Shown: positions 15,473 to 25,123 of the stretch, in pieces
How the letters are laid out: every line of letters begins with the position of its first letter
How positions within the stretch are numbered: position 1 is the stretch's first letter
Origin: Actinomycetes bacterium
GTDB taxonomy: Bacteria > Actinomycetota > Actinomycetes > JACCUZ01
Length of the DNA: 36,539 nucleotides
Direction of reading: 5' to 3'
NCBI GenBank assembly: GCA_050742955.1
Contig: JBOGDY010000001.1
Span: forward strand, 1 to 36,539
Notes under the pieces: model-generated
The model's database searches: none
The model's input: the letters and a program-made list of their open reading frames with translations, nothing else
Told to the model about the DNA's origin: nothing
Made by a program: the position numbers and the translations under genes

Positions 15473-18202
15473 TCAGGAGCCGCTGGTCGATACCCGCGGC
15501 TTCGCCCGCAGCCATGCGCGGTAGGCCTCGTCGACGGCCCAGACGACAAGTGGGAAAGGCGCGATGAGCGCTAGGACATCCCAGGGCAGCGGTGCCGTCT
15601 GCATGATCGTGTTGGCCGCAGGCAGGTAGACGAGAGCGGCGGTGAAGACGAGCTCGAAGGCGATGCCCCAGAGCAACATGGGGTTGGAGAGCAGCCCGAC
15701 GGAGCGCAGGGAGGCATGCGCCGTCCGAGCCGCAACTGCGGTACCCACCTGGCAGGCGACGATCCCCGCGAAGGTCGCCGTGGTGGCCTGCAGGTAGGCG
15801 TGGTGCAGCGGGGATCCGCTTTCCGTCGGGTCCCCTGGTCGCCACCCGGCCCGGTACAGCGTGTAGAAGAACGCCCCCATGACGAGCACGGCCGAGATCC
15901 CGCCCAGCAGCAGCCATGCCCGAATGAGCATCTCGCGTGTGACCACCGACTCGCGTGGCGGCCGAGGCGGCTTCTGCATGATGCCCGGCTCCGCGGGCTC
16001 ACGTCCGAGCGCCAGGGCCGGCATGGTCTCGGTGCCGAGGTCTATGGCCAGGATCTGCGCGACCGTGAGCGGCAACGGCACGGCGCCACCCGAGAGCGCG
16101 AAGGCCAGGAAGGGCACGACCTCGGGCACGGCGTGGGCGAAGATGTAGAGGATGAACTTGCGCACGTTGTCGTAGACCCGGCGCCCCTCCTCGACAGCGT
16201 CCACGATGGTGGCGAAGTTGTCGTCGGTGAGCACCACGGTCGCCGCCTCGCGCGCGACGTCCGTGCCCGCTCGGCCCATGGCCACGCCGATGTCGGCCCG
16301 GCGCAGCGCGGGCGCGTCGTTCACTCCGTCGCCGGTCATCGCGACGACCTCGCCGGCGTCCTGAAGCACGTCAGCGATGCGGAGCTTGTCCTCAGGGCTG
16401 CTGCGCGCGCACACCACCTCTTCCCGACCGGTCATGATCGATGTCAGCTGTGCATCGGTCATCCCGGCGGTGTCCGCACCGCTGACCAGCCGAAGCCCGT
16501 CGACGCCGATGCCCACCTGCCGAGCGATCTCCGCCGCGGTGTCGCCGTTGTCGCCGGTGAGGACGTGCACCCGCAGGCCGGCCGAGTGACACCGCGCGAC
16601 GGCCGGGCCAACCTCGGCGTGGGGCGGATCGAGCAGCGCGACCATGCCGAGCAGCCGGAGGTCACACTCGGCGTCGTGCCGGTGCTTCGGCCAGGGAAGG
16701 CTGCCGAGCTCGCGGTCCGCGACTGCCAGGACGCGCAGTCCTCGCCCAGCGAGCTCGTGGACGCGCGCGACGGCGGCCTGCCGCGCCGCATCGTCGAATG
16801 GAGCCGTCCCTCCGCCCTCACACAATCGCCGGGTACAGCGCTCGAGCACGGCTTCCGGTGCCCCTTTGACGTGCAGAGCCGTCCCGTCGGGGCCGGTGTC
16901 CACCGTCGACATGAGCCGGAGCTGCGCGTCGAACGGGTAAAGGCGCCGTCGTGCCTGGTCACGGGCGGCCGGGTCGACCCGCACACCGAGCAGCTCAGCG
17001 GCCTCGAGGACCGCAGTCTCGGTGGGGTCGCCGCCCTCCGCGGTCGATCCGTACGAGGTGGTCGTGCAGGCCACCATTGCCCGGGCGAAGACCCGTTCCG
17101 CGGCCCCCGCGCCCATTGCTCCTGGCTCGACATCCCTGCCGGCAACCCACATGGCCGCCGGTCGCATGCGGTTCTGGGTGATGGTCCCGGTCTTGTCCGA
17201 GCAGATGACGGTCGTCGACCCGAGCGTCTCGACGGCCGAGAGCCGCCGCACGACTGCTCCGCGCCGGGCGAGGGATCGGACGCCCACAGCCAGGGCGAGG
17301 GTGATCGTTGGCAGCAGCCCTTCCGGGACATTGGCGACGAGCAGACCCACGGCGAACAGGAAGGAGTCCTTGACCGTCAGCCCTGCGCTCAGACCGAGAG
17401 GGAAGAAGGCCAGCCCGATCGCGACCGCCACTGCCGCGATGAGCCACGCGATCCGCTTCACCTGGCGTTCCAGCGGGCTCACGTCGCGCGTCACCCGCTG
17501 CGACAGCGAGGCGATGCGGCCGAGCTCCGTGCGGTCACCGGTCGCGTAGACGAGCGCATGTGCGGATCCAGAGGTGCATGTCGTGCCGCTGAACACGAGG
17601 TCGGTCGCCTGCAGGACCGGCACGGCACGCGCCGTCGGGTTGGGGGTCCGAGTCTGCGGTGTGGACTCCCCGGTCAGCGTCGACAGATCCACCTCGATCT
17701 CGCCGGTGAGCAGCCGCCCGTCGGCGGACACCCGTTGGCCCTCGCTCACGACGAGGACGTCACCCGGTACGAGCGTCTGTACGTCGAGCACAACGGCCGT
17801 CCCGTCCCGCAGCGCCGTCGCCTGCTGCGGCAGGTAGCGACGCAGAGCCTCGACTGCTCGTTCCGCCTGACGCTCCTGCGCAAAGGCGAAGGCCGCGTTG
17901 AGGAGAATGACGGCGGCGATGGCCCAGCCCAGCACGGGCGTCCCCGAGACGAAGGCCAGCAGGCTGGCCGCAGCCAGCAACAGCGCGAGCGGGTGGACGA
18001 CCTGGGCCACGAGCTCGCCGAGCCAGGTGCTGCGCGCCTGGCGGGTCAGCTCGTTCCGACCGAAGCGCGCGAGCCGCCGCTCGGCCTCCCGGGTGGTGAG
18101 CCCGGCCCGGCTCGCCCGCAGCTCGTGCAACAGCACGTCGGCTGGTGCGGCGGGGTCGGGCGGTCCTACGTCATCGCGGGGAGGCGGGCCCGGCGTGCCC
18201 AT
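15473..18202 (-). CDS. P2-type cation-transporting P-type ATPase, Ca2+/Mg2+-type and CtpF-like.
   Basis: It carries TGES (LTGESTP), the phosphorylation site [13 protein letters not shown], the TM4 PEGL motif ([11 protein letters not shown]), TGDN (LTGDNGDTA) and the hinge [22 protein letters not shown]. Confidence 0.93.
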   Translation of the reverse strand: MGTPGPPPRDDVGPPDPAAPADVLLHELRASRAGLTTREAERRLARFGRNELTRQARSTWLGELVAQVVHPLALLLAAASLLAFVSGTPVLGWAIAAVILLNAAFAFAQERQAERAVEALRRYLPQQATALRDGTAVVLDVQTLVPGDVLVVSEGQRVSADGRLLTGEIEVDLSTLTGESTPQTRTPNPTARAVPVLQATDLVFSGTTCTSGSAHALVYATGDRTELGRIASLSQRVTRDVSPLERQVKRIAWLIAAVAVAIGLAFFPLGLSAGLTVKDSFLFAVGLLVANVPEGLLPTITLALAVGVRSLARRGAVVRRLSAVETLGSTTVICSDKTGTITQNRMRPAAMWVAGRDVEPGAMGAGAAERVFARAMVACTTTSYGSTAEGGDPTETAVLEAAELLGVRVDPAARDQARRRLYPFDAQLRLMSTVDTGPDGTALHVKGAPEAVLERCTRRLCEGGGTAPFDDAARQAAVARVHELAGRGLRVLAVADRELGSLPWPKHRHDAECDLRLLGMVALLDPPHAEVGPAVARCHSAGLRVHVLTGDNGDTAAEIARQVGIGVDGLRLVSGADTAGMTDAQLTSIMTGREEVVCARSSPEDKLRIADVLQDAGEVVAMTGDGVNDAPALRRADIGVAMGRAGTDVAREAATVVLTDDNFATIVDAVEEGRRVYDNVRKFILYIFAHAVPEVVPFLAFALSGGAVPLPLTVAQILAIDLGTETMPALALGREPAEPGIMQKPPRPPRESVVTREMLIRAWLLLGGISAVLVMGAFFYTLYRAGWRPGDPTESGSPLHHAYLQATTATFAGIVACQVGTAVAARTAHASLRSVGLLSNPMLLWGIAFELVFTAALVYLPAANTIMQTAPLPWDVLALIAPFPLVVWAVDEAYRAWLRAKPRVSTSGS

Positions 18203-18230
18203 GATGACTCCTCTCGTGGCTTGCCACGCG

Positions 18231-20932
18231 TCAGCGCAGGCGGCGCAGCTCCGGCAACGGCCCCTCGGGCGTCGGAGCGAGGCGCAGCCGTACGTCGGTG
18301 GCGACCGCGCCCGTGCGGCTGGCCATGACGGGGTTCAGGTCGAGCTCGGCGACCTCCGGCACGTCGTCGGCCAGCCTCGCGACGCGCAGCAGCAGGTCGG
18401 ACAGGGCGTCGACATCGCAGCGGGGTGAGCCGCGGTAGCCGAAGAGCAAGGGACTGCACCGCAGGTCGCGCACCATCGCGGCCGCATCGACATCGGTGAG
18501 GGGCAGGATGCGGAACGCCTGGTCACCCAGGACTTCCGTCCAGACGCCACCCATCCCGAGCACCAGGACGGGACCGAAGGTGGGCTCTTGGACCACGCCG
18601 ACGAGCAGCTCGACCTGACCGGCCAACATCGGCTCGACGAGGACGGAGCCGTCGCCAACCTCAGCGACGCGCTCGAAGGCCGTGCGCACCTCGTCGTCGT
18701 CGCCCAGGTTCAGGGCGACCCCGCCGACGTCGCTCTTGTGGACGACGGCCGGATCGGCCGTCTTCAGGACGACGGGATAGCCGATCGACCTGGCCGCCTC
18801 CACTGCGCCCACGGCGTCCGTGGCGCGCCGAAGGGAGACCATCTCGATTCCGTAGGTGGCGAGAAGCTCGCGCGCCGTTTCGGCCGGCAGCCAGCCGCCC
18901 TCCGGCCGGCCCGCCAGTGCTCGTGCCACGACGCCCCGGGCCTCGGCCGCGCGGATCCCGGCCAGGTCCGGCACCACCCCACGACTGGATCGACGCCAGC
19001 GCCCGTAGCGCACGGCGTGGCCGAGGGCACGCACCGCCGACTCCGGGAACTGGTAGACCGGGACCGGCCGCGCCCCCTTCTCGTCCAGCAACGGCGCCGA
19101 ATCCGGACGACCCAGGACCACGGCGACCGTGGGCAGCACGCTCCTCGCGACGACATCGAGCATGGCGTCGGGATCGTTGGCCCGGGTCGCGGCGACGACG
19201 GCGACCACCGCATCGACCTCGCCGCTGCCGGCCACCTCTTCGAGTGCTGCCGACAGGTCGCGGGCCGTCGCACCTGCGCCGAGATCGATGGGGTTGTCCT
19301 GCCCGCGCGGCCCGGGCAGCCGCTGCCGCAACGCCTCGGACAGGATGGGGACCTCGAGACCCGCCGACTGGGCGGCATCGCTGGCCAGGACGCCCGCCCC
19401 ACCCGCGTTGCCGATCACGGCGATCCTCCCACCATCGGGAACGGGTTGGACGTCCAGGAGCCGGGCGGTGTCAATCAGATCCTCGACGGTGTCCAGGCGC
19501 AGCACACCGGCCTGCGCGAAGAGTGCGTCGACGGCGGTGTCGGGGGAGGCAGCCGCTGCCGTGTGGGAGCGTCCGGCCCGGCGCCCTCCGGCCGACCGAC
19601 CGCCCTGACGACCAGGACAGGCTTGGTCGCGGACACCCGCCTGGCCAGCCGGGCGAACTTACGGGGGTTGCCCAGGGACTCGAGGTAGAGAGCGATCACG
19701 TGCACACGCTGGTCGTGCCACCAGCGCAGCAGGAGGTCGTTGCCGCTTACGTCGGCCTTGTTCCCGAGCGAGACCATGCTGGCGACACCGAGCCGGGCGC
19801 GACTCGCGACATCGACGAGAGCGATGGCGACCGCGCCCGACTGCGCGGCGATGGCCAGGTGGCCGGGCTGTGGGCGGGTAGGCGCGAACCAGGCCTCGAG
19901 CGACACCTCGGGGTCGGTGTTGAGCAACCCGATGCAGTTCGGGCCCACCAGCCGCGTACCGCTGGTCCGAGCCGATCGCACCAGCCGCTCCTGCAGCTGG
20001 AGACCGGCCCCGCCCAGCTCGGCCAGCCCCGAGGACAGGATGACTACGGCCCGGACGCCGGCCCGTCCGCAGTCGTCGATCACGTCCTCGAGCGCCGCCA
20101 CGGGCACGGACACGACGGCCAGATCCACCTGACCGGGGATCTCGCTGACGGTGGGGTAGGCGGTCAGTCCTGCGACCTGGCGGGCCCGCGGGTTGACCGG
20201 GTAGACGCTCCCGGCGAAATGACCGGCCACGATGCTGCTCAGCACCTCGTGACCGACGCTGCCCGGGCGACGGCTGGCGCCCACGACGGCCACCGTGCGC
20301 GGTTCGAGCAATGGGTGCAGGGACGCAAGCTCGGCCCGCTCCTCGCGCGTGTCCATCGCCAGGAGCGTCTCCTCGTCTGCGGTGGTGGCGAGCCGGAACC
20401 GCGAGACGCCGTCGGCGAGGGAGCTCCGGCTGCGTAGCCCCGAGTCGGCAAAGACTGCGGCCATCCGCCGGTTGTCGACCAGCACGTCGCCGACCAGCTC
20501 GCGGACGCCGACCGACCGGGCCGCGGCGGCAAGGTGCTCGAGGAGCAGAGTGCCCACGCCCTCACCCTGGTGCGCGTCCTCCACGAGCAGCGCGACCTCC
20601 GCCTCGTCGTCACCGGTCCGCTCGAAGCCCGCGACTGCGACCACCACGCCGCCGAGGAGTGCGACCAGGGCAGCGTGGTCCCGGTCCGTCGGCCTCACCA
20701 CGCTCTCCACGTAGTCGTCGGCGACATTCCGGTTGAGGGCGAAGAACCTGAAGTAGAGGCTGCGGTCGGTGACGCGGGAGTTCAGGGCCCGGAGCGCATC
20801 GGCGTCGGCTCGGGTGACGGGCCGGATCCGGACGATCTGCCCCTTGGCGGTGAGCGCCTCGCACCCGGTGGGCGGCGTGTCCACGGGCGTCAGCCCGGTG
20901 CCCGGACGCGCGCCGGTCTCGGTCGGGATCAC
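18231..20932 (-). pseudogene. PatA-like GNAT acetyltransferase / NDP-forming acyl-CoA synthetase fusion, interrupted by an apparent 1-nt frameshift near 19600-19612.
   Basis: ORF 19475..21121 encodes GNAT (QGEGVGTLLLEHL), a CoA-binding domain (VAVVGASRRPGSVG) and a ligase-CoA domain. ORF 18231..19505 encodes the ATP-grasp part. The third frame reads continuously GGRSAGGRRAGRSHTAAAAASPDTAVDALFAQAGVLRLDTVEDL, joining the two. The proposed start GTG (20932) overlaps the upstream stop as GTGA. Confidence 0.75.
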
Positions 20933-21699
20933 GGCCGTCGCTCCGTCCGCGAGGCGCGTAGGGCGGGCACGACGACCATGGCGACACCCGTCAACATGCC
21001 AAGGGCGCCGGCGACGAGCAGGCCCGCCGCCACATCGTCGAGGAGGGGGACCGTGGCAGCGGCCCGCACCCGGACGGCGATCCCCGGCACAGCGTCCTGG
21101 TTCATCGTGACGATGGTCCACGACCCGTCACGCGGCCGCCACGTCACGCTCTGCGGGCCCGTGCCGACGGACTGGGCGACCCAGATGTCGGCCGTCTCCG
21201 GCAGCTGCCGGGGAGGCCCTCCCGGGTGGTCCACGCGGATGCGACCGTTGAACGGCAGGTCGGCGAAGGTCGCGTGCCGCACGCCCTCGAGATATCTCGC
21301 GGCGTCGGCGGTGCGAGCGATGCCCAGGAACAGGAGACGCCCGGGGTCGGCTGGGGTGACCTGCACCCTGACCGTGCCCACCAGCCTGTCCACACCAGGT
21401 CCCCAGCCAGCCTGTCGGAGATCCATCGGACCTCCGTCCACTGCAAAGCCGGCGGTGGCGAAGGACTCGGAGCCGAACGACAGGAAGCCGGCCGCGTCCC
21501 GTTGGGTCCGGTCCACGAGCAGCGCAGCAGCGCCGGCCACGAGCAGCACCAGCCCGACGATGCTCGAGATGTTCCCGACGACCACCGACGCCACCCGGCC
21601 CGCCGTCCACCCACGGCGCGACCGGTGCCCCGAACGCCCGGAGCCGGGCGGTGGTACCGCGGCCGCCGGTGGCCCATACGCCGGGGGCGCGGTCGTCAT
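20929..21699 (-). CDS. Membrane protein of unknown function: N-terminal Pro-rich tail, a TM helix, a ~190-aa extracytoplasmic domain and a C-terminal TM helix.
   Basis: ORF 20929..21708. ATG 21699 lies 9 nt after AAGGAG. TM segments are VVVGNISSIVGLVLLVAGAAALLV and AAGLLVAGALGMLTGVAMVVV. Confidence 0.65.
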   Translation of the reverse strand: MTTAPPAYGPPAAAVPPPGSGRSGHRSRRGWTAGRVASVVVGNISSIVGLVLLVAGAAALLVDRTQRDAAGFLSFGSESFATAGFAVDGGPMDLRQAGWGPGVDRLVGTVRVQVTPADPGRLLFLGIARTADAARYLEGVRHATFADLPFNGRIRVDHPGGPPRQLPETADIWVAQSVGTGPQSVTWRPRDGSWTIVTMNQDAVPGIAVRVRAAATVPLLDDVAAGLLVAGALGMLTGVAMVVVPALRASRTERRP

Positions 21700-21748
21700 C
21701 GGCACCATCTCCTTCGTCGAGCTCAGGGGGATCCGGCGGCGCCGGCCG

Positions 21749-22192
21749 TCACGTCCCGCTCGGCTGCTCGGACTCCTCGGGCTGCTCGAGACTCACGTCT
21801 CGCAACGCCCGCAGCAGGTCCGACCCGGTGACGATGCCCACCGGCCGCCTCTCCGCGTCGACGACCGGTAGCGCGTCGTCGCCACGGGCGAGCATGAGCC
21901 GCGCGGCCTCACGGACGTTCAGGGCGGGCGTGACCTCGCACGGGACCTGCGTGTACGACTGGAGCACCTCGGTCACCTGTCTGGTGCGCAGGGTCAGCGC
22001 GGCCGTGAGGCACTCCCCCATGGCGACCCGATCGCTGAGCACGCCGACGAGAGTCCGTGCCCCGTCGACCACGACGAGGTGACGCAGTCCGCTGACCATG
22101 AACTGGTCGACGGCCTGCCACACGGTGTCGGTGTCCCGCACCGTCACGACCGGTGCCGACATCACCTCGGCGACCGATGGTGCATCGACCAT
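21749..22192 (-). CDS. CBS-pair domain protein (Hrp1-like).
   Basis: It has two CBS repeats (VMSAPVVTVRDTDTVWQAVDQFMVSGLRHLVVVD... and ...ARLMLARGDDALPVVDAERRPVGIVTGSDLLRAL). The ATG lies 4 nt after the ADH stop, with GAAGGAG inside the ADH 3' end. Confidence 0.85.
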   Translation of the reverse strand: MVDAPSVAEVMSAPVVTVRDTDTVWQAVDQFMVSGLRHLVVVDGARTLVGVLSDRVAMGECLTAALTLRTRQVTEVLQSYTQVPCEVTPALNVREAARLMLARGDDALPVVDAERRPVGIVTGSDLLRALRDVSLEQPEESEQPSGT

Positions 22193-22195
22193 TGC

Positions 22196-23245
22196 TCACT
22201 CCTTCGTCAGCACGACCTTGAGCGCACCGCTCGCGCCTGCGTCCGAGAAGACCTCGTACGCCGTGAGCATCTGGCCCAGGGAGAACGTGTGCGTCACCAT
22301 CGGCGCCAGGTCGAGCTGCCCGTCGCGGAGCAGGCGCAGCAGCGTCGGCGTAGTCGAGGTGTCGACCAGCCCCGTCGTGATGGTGACGTCCTTGATCCAC
22401 AGGTCCTCCAGGTGCAGCGTGGCCGGCTTCCCGTGGACTCCGACGTTCGCGACCCGCCCTCCCGGCCGCACCAGCCGGGTGCACAGCTCGAAGGTCTCGG
22501 GGAGGCCGACGGCCTCGATGACCACGTCCGCGCCGAGCCCGTCGGTCAGGTCGAGGACAAGCGTCCTGGCCTCGTCCGGGTCGCTCATGTTGCTGACCAG
22601 CACGTCCGCGCCGACGCCCTTGGCGGCGTCCAACCGGCCGGACAGCGGGTCGATCGCCACCACGCGCGACGGCGAGAAGAGCTTGGCGGTCATGATCGCC
22701 GCGAGGCCGATCGGGCCGGCTCCGACCACCGCCACCGTCGCGCCTGGACTGACACCCCCGGCGAGCACCCCGACCTCGTAGCTCGTCGGGAGGATGTCGG
22801 CCAGCAGCACTGCCGACTGGTCGGGCAGGCCGACCGGCAGCCGGTGCAGTGACAGGTCCGCGAAAGGGACCCGCGCGTACTCGGCCTGGACACCGTCGAT
22901 GAGGTGCCCGAGCTGCCACCCGCCGCCCCCCAGGCACTGCCCGTAGCGCGCCTCCCGGCAGAAGCGACAGACGCCGCACGCGCTGATGCAGGAGACCAGG
23001 ACGCGGTCGCCCGGGGTCACCGTCCGCACCGCGGAGCCGACGGCCTCGACCGTCCCGACCGCCTCGTGCCCGAGGATCCGCCCCTCGGCCACCTCCGGCA
23101 CATCGCCCTTGAGGATGTGCAGGTCCGTCCCGCAGATGGTGACGGCGTCGATGCCGACGATCGCGTCCGTGTCGTCCAGCAGACCGGGGTCCGGGACCTC
23201 GTCCCAAGCCTTGCTGCCGTTCCCCTGATAGACCAAGGCACGCAT
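22196..23245 (-). CDS. Zinc-dependent medium-chain alcohol dehydrogenase.
   Basis: ORF 22196..23584. The internal ATG at 23245 is preceded by GGAGGTGG. It has GHEAVGTVEAVG (catalytic Zn), the C-x2-C-x2-C-x7-C structural Zn motif (CISACGVCRFCREARYGQC) and the Rossmann motif VVGAGPIGL. Confidence 0.9.
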   Translation of the reverse strand: MRALVYQGNGSKAWDEVPDPGLLDDTDAIVGIDAVTICGTDLHILKGDVPEVAEGRILGHEAVGTVEAVGSAVRTVTPGDRVLVSCISACGVCRFCREARYGQCLGGGGWQLGHLIDGVQAEYARVPFADLSLHRLPVGLPDQSAVLLADILPTSYEVGVLAGGVSPGATVAVVGAGPIGLAAIMTAKLFSPSRVVAIDPLSGRLDAAKGVGADVLVSNMSDPDEARTLVLDLTDGLGADVVIEAVGLPETFELCTRLVRPGGRVANVGVHGKPATLHLEDLWIKDVTITTGLVDTSTTPTLLRLLRDGQLDLAPMVTHTFSLGQMLTAYEVFSDAGASGALKVVLTKE

Positions 23246-23355
23246 GTCCACCTCCGCGGCGCCGTGACCACGTGTGCGGTCTCCCGCGGCACCCTCGCTT
23301 GCGAACGTAGGTGCCGGGCCGCGAGCCCGGCAGGTGCCGTGGTCTCCCCTTCGAC

Positions 23356-23369
23356 GGGACCTAGGTCCC
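23356..23369. promoter_or_regulatory. DosR/DevR-type box B1 in the divergent ADH-operon / USP-ABC-operon promoter region.
   Basis: Perfect 14-bp palindrome GGGACCTAGGTCCC with a GGGAC-N4-GTCCC core. It lies 111 nt upstream of the ADH ATG and 93 nt upstream of the USP ATG. Confidence 0.7.
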
Positions 23370-23461
23370 CTGGAGGCACTCAGTGAGGCCCTGGCCGTCC
23401 GGGGGCGCCTGGGCTGTGCTGACGAGTGACAGGCAGCCGCGGACCGACCTGTGGAGGAGCA

Positions 23462-24352
23462 ATGGAAGCGATCGACCGGAGGGCGCTCGTCGTGGGCGTC
23501 GACGGATCGCCGGCCGGCAAGGAGGCGCTGCGCTGGGCGCTCGACGCCGCCGCACGCCGTAGGGCCGGTGTCCGTGTCGTGCATGCGCTGGAGCTGTCGC
23601 TCTTCGACGTCCGGCTGGACGCCGCCTACGGACCCGGATGGGAAACCCCGCTACGGACATCGATGCGGCAGATGCTCGACGAGATCGTCGCGGATGCCGC
23701 CCGGTCCCACCCGGACGTAACCGTCGAGACCCGTCTCGAGGCAGCGCCCGCCTCGGTGATCCTTGTGGAGGAGTCCGAGCGCGCGGACACCGTCGTGCTC
23801 GGAAAGCGCGGGACCGGCGGCTTCGCGAACCTGGTCATCGGCTCGACCACGCTGCACGTGGCGACGAACGCCCACTGCCCGGTGGTCGCCGTGCCCACGG
23901 CGCCCGCTGCAGGACCCGCCCGCCGTGGCGTGGTGGTCGGTGTCGACGGCACGCCGGCTGCAGAGCCGGTCATCGAGTACGCGTTCCGGGCCGCCGACGA
24001 GGCCGGCGAGCCCCTCATGGCAGTGCACACCTGGCGCGATCCGGCCCCGATGGGTCCGGGGGTGATGATGCCCCTCGTCTACGACCCGACTCTTGTCACC
24101 TTCGAGGAGCGGCTGCTGCTGTCCGAGATGATGGCCGGCTGGTCGCAGAAGTACCCCGACGTCGAGGTTCAGCAGACGGTCCTGCACGCCCACGCCGTAC
24201 CGTCGCTGGTCGAGGAGGCCCGGGCCGCGCGGCTCCTCGTCGTCGGCTGCCGGCGGCGCGGGGACCTCAAGAGCCTTCTGCTCGGCTCGGTCAGCCACGG
24301 AGTCCTGCACCGGGCCTGCGGACCGGTGGCCGTCGTGCCGCGCACGGGGTGA
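23462..24352 (+). CDS. Tandem universal stress protein (two UspA domains).
   Basis: ORF 23426..24352. ATG 23462 is preceded by GGAGGAG. It has duplicated USP modules (VVGVDGSPAG...VLGKRGTGGFANLVIGSTTLHVATNAHCPVVAV and VVGVDGTPAA...VVGCRRRGDLKSLLLGSVSHGVLHRACGPVAVV). Confidence 0.9.
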   Translation: MEAIDRRALVVGVDGSPAGKEALRWALDAAARRRAGVRVVHALELSLFDVRLDAAYGPGWETPLRTSMRQMLDEIVADAARSHPDVTVETRLEAAPASVILVEESERADTVVLGKRGTGGFANLVIGSTTLHVATNAHCPVVAVPTAPAAGPARRGVVVGVDGTPAAEPVIEYAFRAADEAGEPLMAVHTWRDPAPMGPGVMMPLVYDPTLVTFEERLLLSEMMAGWSQKYPDVEVQQTVLHAHAVPSLVEEARAARLLVVGCRRRGDLKSLLLGSVSHGVLHRACGPVAVVPRTG

Positions 24353-24359
24353 GCGGCTC

Positions 24360-25118
24360 ATGAGCAGCCACACCGAACCTGCGACGCCGAGGCCGCTGCT
24401 GGTGGCCGAGCGGGTGAACAAGGTCTACCGCTCCGGCGACGTGAGCGTCGCGGCCCTGGTCGACCTGGACCTATCGGTGGAGGCCGGCGAGCTGGTAGCC
24501 GTGATGGGTCCCTCCGGCTCGGGCAAGACGACGTTGCTCAACTGCCTGTCCGGCCTCGACGACATCGACGGAGGGCGGGTCACGGTGGCCGGCCGCGACC
24601 TGTTCGCGATGTCGGACGCCGAACGCACCGAGCACCGCGCACGGTCGATGGGTTTCGTCTTCCAGTCGTTCAACCTGATCCCGGTGTTCACGGCGGTCGA
24701 GAACGTCGAGCTGCCGCTCCTGCTGGTGGGTACGCCTGCCCACGAGGCGCGTCGGGCGGCGCTGGAGATGCTGGCGCAGGTCGGGCTCAGCCACCGGGCG
24801 AGCCACCTGCCCAACCAGATGTCAGGCGGAGAGCAGCAGCGCGTGACGATCGCCCGCGCCCTGGTCGCCCGACCGGCGATCGTGTGGGCCGACGAGCCGA
24901 CCGGCAACCTGGACACCGCCATGGCCGCGCAGGTGATGGAGCTGCTCCGGCGGCTCAACCAGGAGCACGGCCAGACCATCGTCCTGGTCACCCACGACCA
25001 GGCGATCGGTCGCGCGGCCGGCCGGCTGGTGCTGATGCGCGACGGTCGGCTGGAGAGCGACCGCCACTCCACCCCGGCCGGCGTCGCGGTCGGTTCGCCC
25101 CGCACCTCGTCGGACTGA
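24360..25118 (+). CDS. ABC transporter ATP-binding protein (MacB/LolD-like clade).
   Basis: It has Walker A GPSGSGKTT, the signature MSGGEQQRV and Walker B IVWADEPTGNLD. It starts 8 nt after the USP stop. Confidence 0.93.
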   Translation: MSSHTEPATPRPLLVAERVNKVYRSGDVSVAALVDLDLSVEAGELVAVMGPSGSGKTTLLNCLSGLDDIDGGRVTVAGRDLFAMSDAERTEHRARSMGFVFQSFNLIPVFTAVENVELPLLLVGTPAHEARRAALEMLAQVGLSHRASHLPNQMSGGEQQRVTIARALVARPAIVWADEPTGNLDTAMAAQVMELLRRLNQEHGQTIVLVTHDQAIGRAAGRLVLMRDGRLESDRHSTPAGVAVGSPRTSSD

Positions 25119-25123
25119 TCAGC

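Noticed and set aside
22196-23584. N-terminal extensions of the track ORFs, taken at face value. Examples: ADH from 23584, permease from 24884, membrane protein from 4119, DUF1269 from 4675, holin-family from 12777, USPs from 23426 and 30287, hsp20 from 34094.
   Set aside because: In each case an internal ATG with a canonical GGAGG-type SD marks where family-like sequence begins. The upstream parts are low-complexity and would overlap neighbouring genes or promoter boxes.
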